A stretch of 63,875 nt of DNA, filler included, from Reticulomyxa filosa (lineage: Eukaryota; Protista; Foraminifera), in assembly GCA_000512085.1 (NCBI GenBank). It is 11 parts of 11 records of this genome, joined end to end, with 100 filler letters (N's around TTAATTAATTAA, not from the genome) between each part and the next. Parts side by side here need not be neighbours in the genome. Positions count along the whole stretch, not along the records: positions 20,487 to 30,354 come from ASPP01016436.1; positions 30,455 to 53,392 come from ASPP01011507.1; 9 more parts are not named here. One strand, given 5' to 3'. A program made the translations under genes and the position numbers. Positions 26,161-39,525 of the stretch are shown piece after piece (the stretch's first letter is position 1; every line of letters begins with the position of its first letter). Below the pieces are notes generated by a model. It was given only the letters and a program-made list of their open reading frames with translations, was not told where the DNA came from and did not search any database.

Positions 26161-27157
26161 CATCTTTCCTCATTACTTTATGAATTTACTTTTTTCTTTT
26201 CTCTTTGTTCAATCTTGCGCTATATTGGTTGTCCTGAAATGACCGATGCATGTCACGTGGCGGAGTGTTCTATTTGCAGTAACAAAACCGTTGCCGACGG
26301 CGAAAAAAATATTCACAGATTTTATATCCAAAAACAGTCATATTTTGTTTATGTTGTGGGAGAAAAGTGTATGTACATTGGGCTGATCTTAAATTATGTT
26401 CCAAAAATGAAGTAAACTCAAATATGCAACCATTAGAAATTGATATTATCACAAAGTCAGGAAACAAAAGCTAGTGATTGCTAAATTTCAACAACACATT
26501 GTTCTATTGAACAAGTAATATTCTGTCAGGCGAAATTAGAAAATTGTCCTTCACCTTGGTTTGTTTTTTGTTTTGTCAGAGAAACCAGATCCAAAATTGG
26601 CAAACAAAAAATAAAAAATTTAAAAAAAGAGAGGAGAAAAAAATCAAAAAAATAAAATACACAACACCCTCCAAAACCCAAAAAATTTTTCAGTTGGTTT
26701 GCACAGAAACAATCAAATATCAAACATAGCATGAAGGAAATGGAAAAATGCTACCAACTAAATCATAACAAGGAGGTTTTATTGTATAGACAACATATGT
26801 AGTGTACTTTGTTTTTTTGAAGAAAAACACTTAGCACAAAAAACCAATTAAGAGAAGCAAATTTGAATACAAAAAACAAAAAAAAACGGCAATATGTCGT
26901 CAATACAACCCAAAGCCCAAACACGAACAGAAAATTTCAAACAAAAAAAAGCAAAATTAAAACAATGTCTTCCACAACCACAAAAAAAAATGACATCAGA
27001 ATAGTTGATCAATTTTTTTGATTATTGTGATTCATACTGAACATGACCGAAATACAAGAAAGAAAATATGACAAGAAGAAAAAGAGAAGGAAAGAAAAAA
27101 AAACGAAAAGAAGTAACTAAAACAAGATAAAAAAAAAAATGAAAAAAAAAATAAAAA

Positions 27158-30100
27158 CTAGCGTAATACATTGTCAAATCTCGTTTCAACAGTGGTTTGA
27201 GAAGATGGAACAGGTGTACTCAGATTCGATTGGGAAGGAACAGTAGACAATTTTGCAATTTTGGACCACAGCAAAAATTGTGCTTGGACATCACTTCCAC
27301 ACACATCTTTCAAATCATCTTTCGAGTGAATGCTGTGCAAAAGGTCGACAAAAGTGAATACACCAATGTTTTCGAATTTGCTTAAATAGCGTTCGCAGTG
27401 TATCTTTTTCAACCACTCTTCAAACTATTTTTTTTAAAATTAACAAAACACAATAGTATGCATCTTTTACGCACGTACGTATAATTTGCATTTAGTGCTT
27501 AAGTTTCAATGAAACAAACAACCTACCGCTGACAATTCTTTTTTTAATTCAGCAGCTTTTTTCAGAAATACCATTCGGTGAGGCTTTTTATGCATACCAA
27601 CATCGCTAATGAGTGTTTGTTCGTCGATGTATGTAACCATGCGAATGTCATTGTAGGTACAATTTTGGAATTGTGGCAAATACTCGGGCAATTTCACCGT
27701 GTTGCGCAGCCACTCTTCAAACTGTTCCAACATAAAAAAAAAATTAAAAAAATAATTTGCGCAGTAAATTATTGGATGAGGAAAAAAAAGTATGCATAAC
27801 TAATCCATAACTTTGGCAGTGCAGGCAACAACAGGGACTTGAGTACTAGTATTGAGTGGAGACGAGTTATTATCGGATTCAGTCACTGGAGACGCGGTAA
27901 CTCTGTTATTTTAGAACAAAGAAAATTATATATGTGTGTATATAGTGTACATGATGGCATATATTCGTGAAAAAGACGTACCCTCCGATTTGATAAGCTC
28001 GTCGCTCTGTTTTGAAAGCATCATAGGCTTTTTTTAGCGGTTTAGTTTTGAGCAATAAATCAGGCCGTATTTTCAAAGCTTTATTCCAACATGCATCGAC
28101 TTGTTCCAAGCGATTGGCAACTGGAAGATTCTTGGCACAACGCAAGCAATCTGCATACCAAGCAAGGGAAATGGCAGAATTGGGTTCCATTTTGATGACA
28201 AGTCCCAAATATTGCAACGCTTTTTCAGAGTCATTAAATTCTCGGTGCAAAAGTATTCCTAAACACTTCATTGCCAATGTATTGTTAGAGTCGTACGAAA
28301 GAGCACATTCATAGCATTGGCGCGCCAAAGGAATATTCTTTTGAATATGATAAATACACCATCCATATCGGGCAAGTAATAACGAAAATTCTTTCCTTGT
28401 ACCTATTTTCGAGCAAAGAAAATGCAATCCAAGTTGTTTTTTTTGATGACGTATATAGCAAATGTATACGTAATGTATTTATATAGGTACAACCTGTTTT
28501 TTTTTTTAAAAAAAAAACAATCAAAAGAGAAAAAAAAAAGAAAACAAACCTCCAATGCATGTGATCAATTCAAAGCAGCGTTCCCAAGACCAGAGAGCTT
28601 GAACGTATTCCCGAACAAGAAAGCACAACGTGCCGTAGTGGGATAGGCGGTGTGTTCCTTTTCGTTGATACTCATGGCCTTCAAGTAATGGTCTTGCGCT
28701 TCTTCATATCGCCTTAAATCGCACAGACAGATCCCATATTCGACATGGACTCCATAATGATCTGGTGACATTTGCAGCAACTTTTTCCAACTGGTTTCAC
28801 TTTCATCAAGTTCCTTGTTTTTACGCAGACACCGTGCATAGCAAAACAAGGCTATGAAATAGCGCGAAAAAATATCATTGCGCGAATCCGTTGTAGTGGT
28901 GGGAGTAGGAGTGGGAGTAGGAGTAGGAGTATCCTTAGTCATGGATACATTGCTGTTAGTATTGGCATGTTTCCGTGGATTACCAGTCGAAAGTTCATTA
29001 GCATCCTCTTCCTCCTCATTGTCATCGTCGTCCTCATTTCTATGACTCACAGCTTGATCGTGGATAATCACCGTTAAGCGATTGACTTGGTGTTGATTGT
29101 TGTCCGTATTGTTATCATTATTGTTATTCTTGTTATTCTTGTCATTATCACGGACACTGCTCTTGTCTTCGAGTTTGGCACGACCATTGTGATGTTTGGG
29201 ATGGAGTGAGTCCAAATACCCTTTTTCACGACATCCGACGGCGTAGCGATAGAATTTGACAGCTTCGCCAAAGGCATCGCATTGCTCCAATCCATAGGCG
29301 TAATTGTAATTGATTTCGTCGCGATTTCTCAACAGTATACCTTCATATTTGTCAATGGTCTCGTCGTTGTAGATATCAATGATCTGCTTGAACTGCACCA
29401 CCGCTTGGCTAAACTTCCTCCATTCCATGTATACGTTTCCCAAGTGCCGTCTGAAGGCAATATTCTCGGGCTCCAACTCCAACGCCTTCTGCAGATACGT
29501 TTCCGCCTCTTGGTACTTTTTAAATCCAAAACACAGCAAAATCGCATATCCTGCATACAAATAAGGCATTGTCTCGCCGTAAGGAAGCACGTTGTTCCAT
29601 TGCTCCTTCGACTTGTCAAACTCTCCTCGTAAAAATGACTGCTCCGCCATTTGCGTCATTTCCAATATGTGTGGAGCTATGTCTTCGCCGACTTCGCTTT
29701 CGTCTTCATTTTCGTCTTTTGATTCATTCCGCTTCAACTGTTGTTGCTGCGATGGCTTGTTTGTTTTTTGATTGACCACTTTCCCTTCGTTTTGCGCTCT
29801 GTCGCGTTGCTGCTCGTCTATTGGCTCATTCGTATACGGACTGCCCGAAGAAAGGGAAGATAGCGAATTATTTGTTGAGTCCGATGATGACCGGTTGTGT
29901 TTTTTGGGCTTCTGTTTCGACTGTTTGGCTTGTTTTGGCTGTTTGTGTTGCTTTTTTACCTTTGTATTTGTATTATTATTATTATTATTATTATTAGTAG
30001 TAGTAGTAGTAGTATTAGTATTCGCGTTATTGCCATTGTTGTTCTTATTAGTAGTCGTATTGTTATTGTTATTATTACTAGCGGTGGCAGATAAAATGGG

Positions 30101-30346
30101 GTCCAACACTAATGCTGTGTCCATTTTTTTTGACTCGGTGTTTCCTTTGTGCTTTGATTTTGTCTCCTTTTTGTTTTTCCAAAAGATCGAAGGGTGAGGA
30201 ACCATTTCGCTAACGCTTTGAGTGGTCGTTCGACTTCGCAGTTCCATCACCGTTTGCTCCTCTTCAAACCCGACATTGTCGTCACCGGTTTGGTCATTCC
30301 ACTTTGCAATTGCATCCAGTCGATCAATCGACGCTATTATATACAC
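27158..30346 (-). CDS. TPR-repeat protein with two C-terminal SAM domains, 5'-truncated, multi-exon
   Basis: Several TPRs (YQEAETYLQKALELEPEN; YEEAQDHYLKAMSIN). SAM1 FEEWLRNTVKLPEYLPQF..DVGMHKKPHR and SAM2 WLKKIHCERYLSKFENIG. Asn-rich linkers. Confidence 0.85.
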
Positions 30347-30599
30347 ATAAATACNNNNNNNNNNNNNNNNNNNNNNNNNNNNNNNNNNNNNNNNNNNNTT
30401 AATTAATTAANNNNNNNNNNNNNNNNNNNNNNNNNNNNNNNNNNNNNNNNNNNNATAAAATTACATCTCATTTTAATCTTTTTTTTTTTTTTTTTTTTTT
30501 TTGAGGAAGAACAAAAAATTTATCGATATAATTACAAATAATAATATGACCGCATAGAAATGTACATAAATAGCGTATATAGTACATATACGCATATTC

Positions 30600-31482
30600 A
30601 TATACATATAATGCACAAGTACGTGTATGTGTATGAAAATATGAACAGAGGGCATATTTAACGATATGATGCGAACAAGCATTCGCGATACGACAAAGTC
30701 GATTATTGGTTCACACACTTGTGCTATCCTTGTTGAACGCGCATTTCGGCCTTTGCGCGCAGGATAAGAGTTAGGCTCCTCACTATATTCATTGTGATGA
30801 TGCTTTTGTTCACTCTCATTTTCATTGTCATGGTGATTTTCAATTTCCGATTCTTCTATTTGGTTTTTATTCTCCAACATCAGTGGCCCGTTATTATTTT
30901 GCTTCGCTGCTAATGGCAGTGCATTTTTCGATTTTTCTATACCTCGTTGAAATAGTGACGCTTGTGGATATTTTTCTTCAATGCCGTCAATGACGCTCCA
31001 CAAATCATCCAACTGTCTTTCCACTCCCTTTTGGCAAGGCGCAGAGGGGAGAAAGGAGGAAGGAAAAGAATAAACCAAAAAATGTTTTGTATACGTGCTG
31101 AATTAAAAAAAAAAAAAAAAAAAAAATTTACAAACAAGTTCAATTGAAAGTTGGCTCAAGAATTTTCCTCACACAAATAGGTAAGAACGGATTGTGATAT
31201 ATGTATATATATTTGTTGATTGGATGATAAAAAAAAAACTTTGGCTTTGTTTGGGTAAGGCAATAGCCCCAAGAACGCTTCTACTAAAACTTGTGCAGAT
31301 TCACTTCGGCGTGTTTCTGCCTCAAAGGTTTTAGCAAAGTTATCGAAAAATATTCGGTCTGGTAGAAATACATGATCTTTGACAGCTGACTCCCTTTGAT
31401 AGACCAAATCTGCTGTCCAGTTTTTAACTAAGGCTTGCAAGAATTTCCCAAATAAGGCCTCTACATGACCATTATTTTGCAT
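30600..31482 (-). CDS. Hypothetical protein, multi-exon, 3'-truncated
   Basis: ATG at 31482 with coding-like composition in two or three segments separated by T/A-rich introns. No motif recognised. Confidence 0.5.
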
Positions 31483-32801
31483 AGTTTATATTTTTTTGGT
31501 GCCAGATGTGATTATTAAGTTTTTCCCAGAAAAAGTGGGTGCCTAGACAACGAAATTTTTTCAGAAAAATTGATTTAATTCGTTTCTTATGTTTTAAAGG
31601 TCAATGTGGCAAAGAAATTCGATTGCTTACTTATTTTTTTAACAGTACCTTTTTATTATATCAGATCAATATGAACGCGTTTGTAAGATATTAAATACCT
31701 TAATTTTTCACGTTTGATATTTAATTTTATAATCAGGTTATTAAGACTAATGGTAGCTTATTGTCAAATATACAAATCAATACAATGTTACAATTGTTAC
31801 CCGAAATTTTAACAAAATTTTTAGTAATACAGTACGTCCAAAAAAAATGAACACTACCAAAAAATCAGGTTATTTAAAAGTTATTATTGTTTATCTTAGT
31901 CTACTTAAGTTATAAGTCTGTAAATTTACATACATATTGAAATTATACTGTTGTTCAATTGCTTAAAACTTGCTATTGTATCTTTGTTAGTTTAGAAGAT
32001 ATAATTAAAATTATTAAATTTTTTGTAGTTAATATAAAAGTTCACTTTTTGAACTTAAGTATGCTCAAAGCTTTTACGTCCATTGATTTCATTCTACAAA
32101 GAGTATTTTTTTGACAAAGCAAATTTATATCGGCAATAAACGTGTAAAGGCTAAATTAGTGTAATGTGAAAGCATATCAATAAATTTGACAAACGCATAT
32201 CTGTCGATATGCTAATAAGTGGATGCAGTATTATACATGTTGCAAAATGCTTCAAGATTATAGTTAATGCAGTTCATAAATGGAAAAAAACTTATAACGC
32301 AATAGTAAATGTTCGAAGAAAACTTTGGTCATGAAGAAAATGTACTATTTCATCCAGAATCAAACGACATACTGTCATATGTCATGTTAAATAAAAATGT
32401 GAAACTGCATCATACATTAAGATGATGTTACTTGTAGTGTAATCTTGAGTATGCGACACATATAATTGGATTTTTTATCATGATAATGCGTCATGTCACA
32501 AATCGATATATACACAAAGATAAAAGCTAGTATAATATTTTAAAACTTTGACATTTGTGGATATTTTTTTAAAAAATTAGGTCTGAATGTTGTTTTTCAT
32601 GCAGAAAATCAATCATCTTCATAAAGTAGCGTTTTATGTGTCATTTTTTTTTTTTTGCAAACTACTGTATTATACACTTTTAGTGATTCTAATGATGTTT
32701 GTTGCTACCAAAAAAACAACTGTTAGTTTTTTTTTTTAAACAGTTCAATATTTCGAAAAGAAAAAACATTTTATTGTCTTTTACTCTCTGCCATTTTCAA
32801 G

Positions 32802-33263
32802 ATGTCTTTGAATGCTTTGAAATTATCTTCCAATGACGGATTTTTTGGACAAAGATTTCCAATCTACAACGCTGCGTTCTTGGGTTTGTTACACTTAGGC
32901 CTCGCGCTTAGAATGTCCGCTCACCGTGTAGAATTCCTCCAGACCAAAAAAAGTGGAATTTTTTATTCGAGTACTTTCAATGTTCATCAAAGAGCACAAT
33001 TAAATCAATCCGAATATACTGGAATATTGATTGCAATGATGTTGTATTTGCAAGCGCGCGCTGATACAAGTCAATCTCCTGCTAGCATCTTGGGAAACTC
33101 TTCATGTCTACTGAGTTCATTGGGGAGTTTAATTTTTGTAGCAGGTTATTACGCTCAAGACACGCCCGATAGCACAAATTTTCCACATAAATTGGGGGCA
33201 AGTTTAAGATACATAGGATTTTTCGGTTTGATTGCCAGTATTGCCCAGTTAGTTTGCAAATAG
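32802..33263 (+). CDS. MAPEG-family small membrane protein
   Basis: 153 aa with about four hydrophobic helices. QRAQLNQSEY matches the MAPEG RAxxNxxEY motif. Confidence 0.7.
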   Translation: MSLNALKLSSNDGFFGQRFPIYNAAFLGLLHLGLALRMSAHRVEFLQTKKSGIFYSSTFNVHQRAQLNQSEYTGILIAMMLYLQARADTSQSPASILGNSSCLLSSLGSLIFVAGYYAQDTPDSTNFPHKLGASLRYIGFFGLIASIAQLVCK

Positions 33264-34517
33264 AGACAATTTTGCGAATACCCGCAAATTAAGTAACTCG
33301 TTCATTTGTTATGTTTCGGAGAGGATAAGACGAGTGTATGTGTGATTTGCTTTACTCTAATATAAACTTGCACAATTTCACCTCTGTTAAAAATGTTAAA
33401 CTATTCCAATTTTCGATAGTTTTATACAGAGATTTTATCAATAAACAATTAAAAAAAGAATAAAAATTTGCTAATATGTCATTAATTTGAAAACGATCAT
33501 TTTGTTCTCAAATTTTAATATATTACTTTTGTACGTCAATTAATGATGCCAATCTACACAGCAAAATGAAAGGGTCTCTTCTTTCGACTTTTTATTGTAA
33601 CATGAGTCTAAATATAGATAATGAAACCTAGTTCTCAATTGTCAACTATTGTACACAAAAAATGTAAAGAATGACTTTGCTTCATTTCTATTGTGCACAT
33701 TATTTGTATTGTCGTTCTGGAATCTTGAAGCGTTTGTTTTTCATGTGAGATTCGAATTTTTGTAACTATGACGCTTTGACTATTCTTTCAATTTCTTTTT
33801 GCTGGGTTGTAAATTGATATGGATATGTATTGATGGCACATTTTATGCAAAAAAACTGAGATAGGAAAAACAGAGTGGTAAAACATTAAATAGATAAAGA
33901 ACAAAACAAAAACTTCATATTGATAAGTATTCTCAACAAATTAAATTAAAATTGTCTGCAAAATATTAAATTCTGGGCAATGGAAAAAAACAAAGTATAC
34001 TCGATAGCTTAATTGTTGAACTTGACGCAGTTACTTCAAAAAATACCGCGCAAGGGTTCATCATATTTCTCTTCAACATTCAGAGCAGTTTGAATTCTAA
34101 TAATGAGTCGCAAAGTGAAAATAACACTCAGAGGAAAGGAGATTCAAGAGAAAACGACGGCAAAATATACGAAAGAATATTTGTACTTTGCACTTCGTGC
34201 TGTTCATCCGCACCAACTGAAACGTGTGGTCGTTAATTCGAAAGTTGAGACGAGAAGAAGCCCTCTTTAAAACATAAATGTGATAAAAAGCAAAGAGATT
34301 TCTGTGCTATGAGCAAAAATAGGATGAGCCTAAAACATGTACATTAAAATTTCGGCATATCGTAGAGAAAGATATGTTTTTATTGAAGTATATGAACGAA
34401 AAAAAAGAATGGGACAAGCAGTTCGAAATTGATATAAAAAAAGAATATAAAACGATATAAAAAGAATTCATCAAGAATACAATGTATTATCACTATGTGT
34501 TGAAAAGAGATCAACGA

Positions 34518-37500
34518 ATGAATACAAACAAGGCAATGTCATTACAAGATGGTGTGGACTTTGTCATACGAGTTCAACAAAATAAATTTTAAAATATTTT
34601 TTTCCCCCTTTATAATTTTTTTTTTTTTTTGATGACGATGAAAATTGGGGAAGAGGGGGGGGGGATTTTCAAAATGAAAATGTCCATGCAATAGCATTTG
34701 ACAAAAAAAGAGAAGTACTAGTGTTAACAATTCCAATCGAGCCTTATTGCATGCCGACATTGAATACCACTCCTTTACATCTATGCTACCAACCGTTTTT
34801 ATTGAAAATGCACATTATATCCTCTAATGTCGCACATTTGTATAAATGTACTAGCAATGTTGTCATCGGATATGAAATGCGAATGAAAACCATTCCGAAA
34901 ATCGAAAAACTGTCGTTTCCAGCCACAAGCTCAAAGCTACCGATCCCCACAGAAGAATTTGTTACAATCTCTTTTTCATAGAACATGTTTACGCATCTCT
35001 TTGTTTTCTGTGTATCCTTTCACTATCCTCCTCTTTTCTACCTTTCCCCCTCCCCCACCCCCTCCTCTCTAACATCAACGTCACACTCCACAATAACCAC
35101 AAAGATTGCAAATGTCTGCAGTCATTGGTTCACACAAGGGAAATGCATAATCAAAGAAGGTGGAGTCACATGTCATCGTCCACATCCTGAAGTTATATAA
35201 ATGTGTATATTTACAATATAATTATATCATACATACATTACATATATGTACATATACATATACATATATATGTATATGCATATATGCACATATGCATATA
35301 TTCACCTAAACAAACAAACAAGATTGAAGACAACTTATTGGACGAAGCGGAATGTGAGTGGGTGCCAGGTGCAAGGTTATACCCTTGCATGGAAGACAAG
35401 AACGAAATGGATCAATCGTGGTATTATCCGACGCCGTTGAATTGCATGTACGAAGGCAAAAGAGAAAAGAGTGAGTCCAATTTGTTTCAACACCCGTTTA
35501 TTGAAGATTGTTTATCTCAATGCTGGATTTATCGACTGGAATGTATCAAGAACAGAGAATAGTTTCATTTGCTTTACACCCAATGTGCAATATAAACTTA
35601 TAAACACATACATATGTATATGCATATGTATGTATATGTATATGTATATGTATATGTTAAAAAACCTTTTTGACACAAAAAAAAAAATAATAATAATAAT
35701 AACAATAACTATGATTATTATGATTAATATAAAAAAAAAAAAAAAGTGATGCAAAATTTGAATCAACGGACACATTTCTGAAACACACTTTCGTGATGCA
35801 GTCGAAACTACTTTCAGCAGAGTCTCCGCGATTGCTTCCGTATCCATGTTTCGTGATGCGCGAAAATCGGGAACACACGTACTCCTCGCCGTTCGAGTAT
35901 AGCAATAGTGACCCCACGCTGATTCGTCATTGCATCAACACCATTTACACACAAATCGAAAAGTGGAACCAACCTTCGGACAACTCTACTTTCCATTTGC
36001 TCGCACATGGTTTGCTCAGTTGTTTGTTGTCCTATCCTCCCGTGTTCATCTGTGAAGATATCACGGCCCAGTTTATGGAAAATTTAAATCGTGACGTCGA
36101 AGTTCATTTTGTGTTTACAAAAGATGGTTTTTTTTTTTGGAGAATTTGTTTACAAAAAAAAAAAAAAAAAATAGAAATCAACAAAAGACCAGATTTGGAA
36201 AATGCTAAATTTTTTAGGAAGCGATAGAAACTATCGCTTCAATCATTTGAAACTGCTGATGTCGGAAGGGCGTCGTTATAGCGCATGGGAAGTGTATATT
36301 CGAACCCGAGCTTATCTTTTGGAGAACTACATGGACGACCCCTTTACCCAAGTGTCTCGATTTGGTAAAATCATTCCAATTATACCTATCAAATGTTTGC
36401 AAACATCGCCCTATGCCATAAATTTGTCCATTGTTCCAAAAGTTGATTTTTTTTTTTAATGTGTCGATGAAGTTTGCAAAAGGTTCCAAAAAAAAAAAAA
36501 AAAAAAAAAGCTTCCAAATGAGGTGTGGAGACAAGATGAAGTAAGCTCTTGTTATTTGCTGGTTTCATGCGGTGAAGGCACGGAACGATATCGCGGATAC
36601 ATGTTGAGTCCAACGGCGTGGACACGAATCCAATGTAACGACTTGTTTGAGTATGGTCTCGCCATTGGCGGTTGCCAATACAATTTTGCCTTTTTCACTG
36701 GCGCGGACATACTACTCACTTGCGAGGACTTGTTGCCCATTGGACAAAGAAATCGACAAGGACAACAGTTTTGTTTTTGTTTTGTTTTTTTTTTTTTTTT
36801 TTTGAATAAATAAAATAAAATAATGAAAAATGAATATTTCGTAAATAAAATAAATACAGTGTGGAGTACTTACATACAGATGTCGCGCATTTCGGAAATG
36901 CCAGTTTTCTGAATCAATCCATTGACATCATGGATAGGTTGTTGCATCGCGGCGTACATATCGCCGACATCAATATCGCAAATGTCGTCTCCTTGCCCCA
37001 AAGCAGAGATAACTTCTCTGCCAACAAAGAAAACAACTGTTTGTGTGTGGAAGACAGCTACGGAATCATTGACATCGAAGTTGAGGACGAGGAAGATATG
37101 TTTGAGAGTTAGATAGATAGATAAGAAAAAGAGCAACCCCCTCTCCCCCTTTTTAAAAAATAAAAATAAAAACAAAAAAACAACATGTTGTATTGTTTGG
37201 GAATACACGCTTCTTTAGTTTTTAGCAAAGAGAATTGAAATGAAAAAAAGAAACGAATTGACATATGCGACCATCCATGCCCAATTGGGACCTTTTGAAG
37301 TAATTTTGATGCCTTTACCCAAAAAACATTGGCCCACGTTAACATGCATCAATACTTTTCCCTTTGGCTCTCTCTTTCTCGAAAAAAAAAAGTGCAATTT
37401 GTCCACAAGCCCCTTTTTTTTTAAAAAAAAAAAGAAAAAGTGAAGGCAAACTGCTGGCACTTAGCTCATATTTGCATGACAAGTTGAACAAACAAGTGGA

Positions 37501-39260
37501 AGTAGATGGTCCAAGAGAAACCCTGAAGGAAGAAGAAAAAGAAGAAAAAGAATTGCAGTACCGTGAAACGAACCAATCACTGGGTTTGATACCATTGATT
37601 GTCCACAAAATAAACTATTCTGCCCCTGGCTTTCTCAATCCCTTTGTCATCTCGACAATGTATGAAAACTGTGAGAACAAAGAGGAATTTGAACTGTGGC
37701 TTGAAAAGACCATCAAAATATATTGCAATTTTTTGAAACATGTTCCCACCAGCACAAAGCTGGCAACAGATTTTCTCGATTTTTGTTCTGAGGTCTTGTT
37801 TTGTTGTATTATTTGTAAGAGAACACTTGCTCAGTATACGACGTACATATAATGTCCCCCCCCCCCCTCCCTCCCCTTCTGTGTCCAAAAGATGAGCAAC
37901 TTGAATACATCCATTTGCAAATAGGAAATAATTAGTGTGAACATGCAAAGACAACTCAATGAAAATTTCAACAACTTTTCAGAGCTGAAGAGCAAGTTGG
38001 AAAACAAAGTGTCCAAAGCCTACGAGCGAATGTTAATAAATATGGAGATTCCATGGATACAAGGACATTTTGATCGTGAGCGTCGCAATTCAGTGTCGCT
38101 TACTATGATCCCTTCCATTGACTACTTTGATGTTCTTAAACCTGGTCAAGTATTTCTTCAAGTTTACAATCCTATAGTTTCGTAGATTCGCAAACATAAT
38201 TCATCATCACACACACATATATATGCGTAAATGTATTTATTACTGTTTTTCTTTCCGATTTGAATCGCTTATTTTATATATTTATACGTATATGTTAATT
38301 ATGAATATTTATTTTTCAATCAGACCAATGAATTGTATACGTATGGCAGACAAGAAGAAAAGGTTCAAATGATACCACGATTTGGATTGGTACCGCTCAT
38401 TTTCAACATGGATTTTTCCACAAGCAATAAATTGAAAGACTATTATCCCAAAACAGAGATATTGCTGCTTCACAGGGAAGATTTTCGAAAAATCGTTTCT
38501 CTGGCTTATTCCAGTAGTCAGGTGTTTACAAAAGTCCGTTATCCAAACTACATTGTCCCTTTCACGCTTTTCGTTCGAGAACAAGGAAAATTTTCTTTTT
38601 GCACTGTCAACAAGACAAATACAATGATCTTGAAAAGTTTAAAAAATTTCAAATTGATTATCCAAGTGAAAAATTTTCAAGCAAGCCCCACAAGCGCAGT
38701 AACTATCCTTTACATTACATATACATACACATATATGTATGTATGTTCTATACGCATCGTCAATAATATGAAAATTCTGTGAGTATGCTTAAATATACTG
38801 TTTTTGAATGATCAAATAGTAAAACTCTTGACAGAATACTATTTAAATTGGCATTATTGCGATATTGGCAAAGAACTTGCATTCCATTCTGACTGCTCCG
38901 CTTTGTCACGTTCGAAAATATTGAAAATTCGCGCAGATTATGAAGCGTGTCTTCGCGACTGCAAATTATGCAAACCATTTAAAAAATCCTTGGTTGAGTA
39001 AACTGCAAGCGAATGATATAGAACTCTCAGAATGGTATCAATACAATGCATTTGAGTGCTCTTCCTTCAAGTGGCCTCATTACCGATTTTACTGGAATTT
39101 TCCACTCGTCAACATGGAATATGATTCCACGATTGTTGGGACAATGTTTAAATTTATTTTTCAGGAAATTGCTGATAAGATTCAATTTGATCCAAATGAT
39201 CCCATTTTTGATTATGATTGGCTTGTTCAAATGAGGAAGCATTATCCTTCCCGACGATAG
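34518..39260 (+). CDS. Divergent eukaryotic (QDE-1/RDR-type) RNA-dependent RNA polymerase homologue, apparently catalytically dead; about 11 exons; start uncertain
   Basis: RdRP-like motifs in the expected order: LFEYGLAIGGCQYNFAFF, CVEDSYGII, ATIHAQLGPF, APGFLNPFVIS, DYFDVLKPGQVFLQV, WPHY..YDSTIVGTMF. No DxDGD. Two +1 homopolymer frameshifts at ~36210 and ~38925. Confidence 0.68.
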
Positions 39261-39525
39261 CATTGAATCACAGCTTTTTCAATTGAACTACTATTGTTTT
39301 TGTGCCTTTTTTCTGCCTTTATTAAAACTATTTTCAAAAGCAAAAATTGAAATTTGTATCACTCACTGCAATAAAAATTCTACGGAAATATTTCTACCGC
39401 CATTGCAAGAGAAAATCAATTAATATTTACTTCGAATCACTTTAAAACACATAGAGGTTGAAGGGGGCATGTCACTACATTTTTTGAGGGAGAAAATTTT
39501 TAAAAACAAAATTAATTATCTTGTG

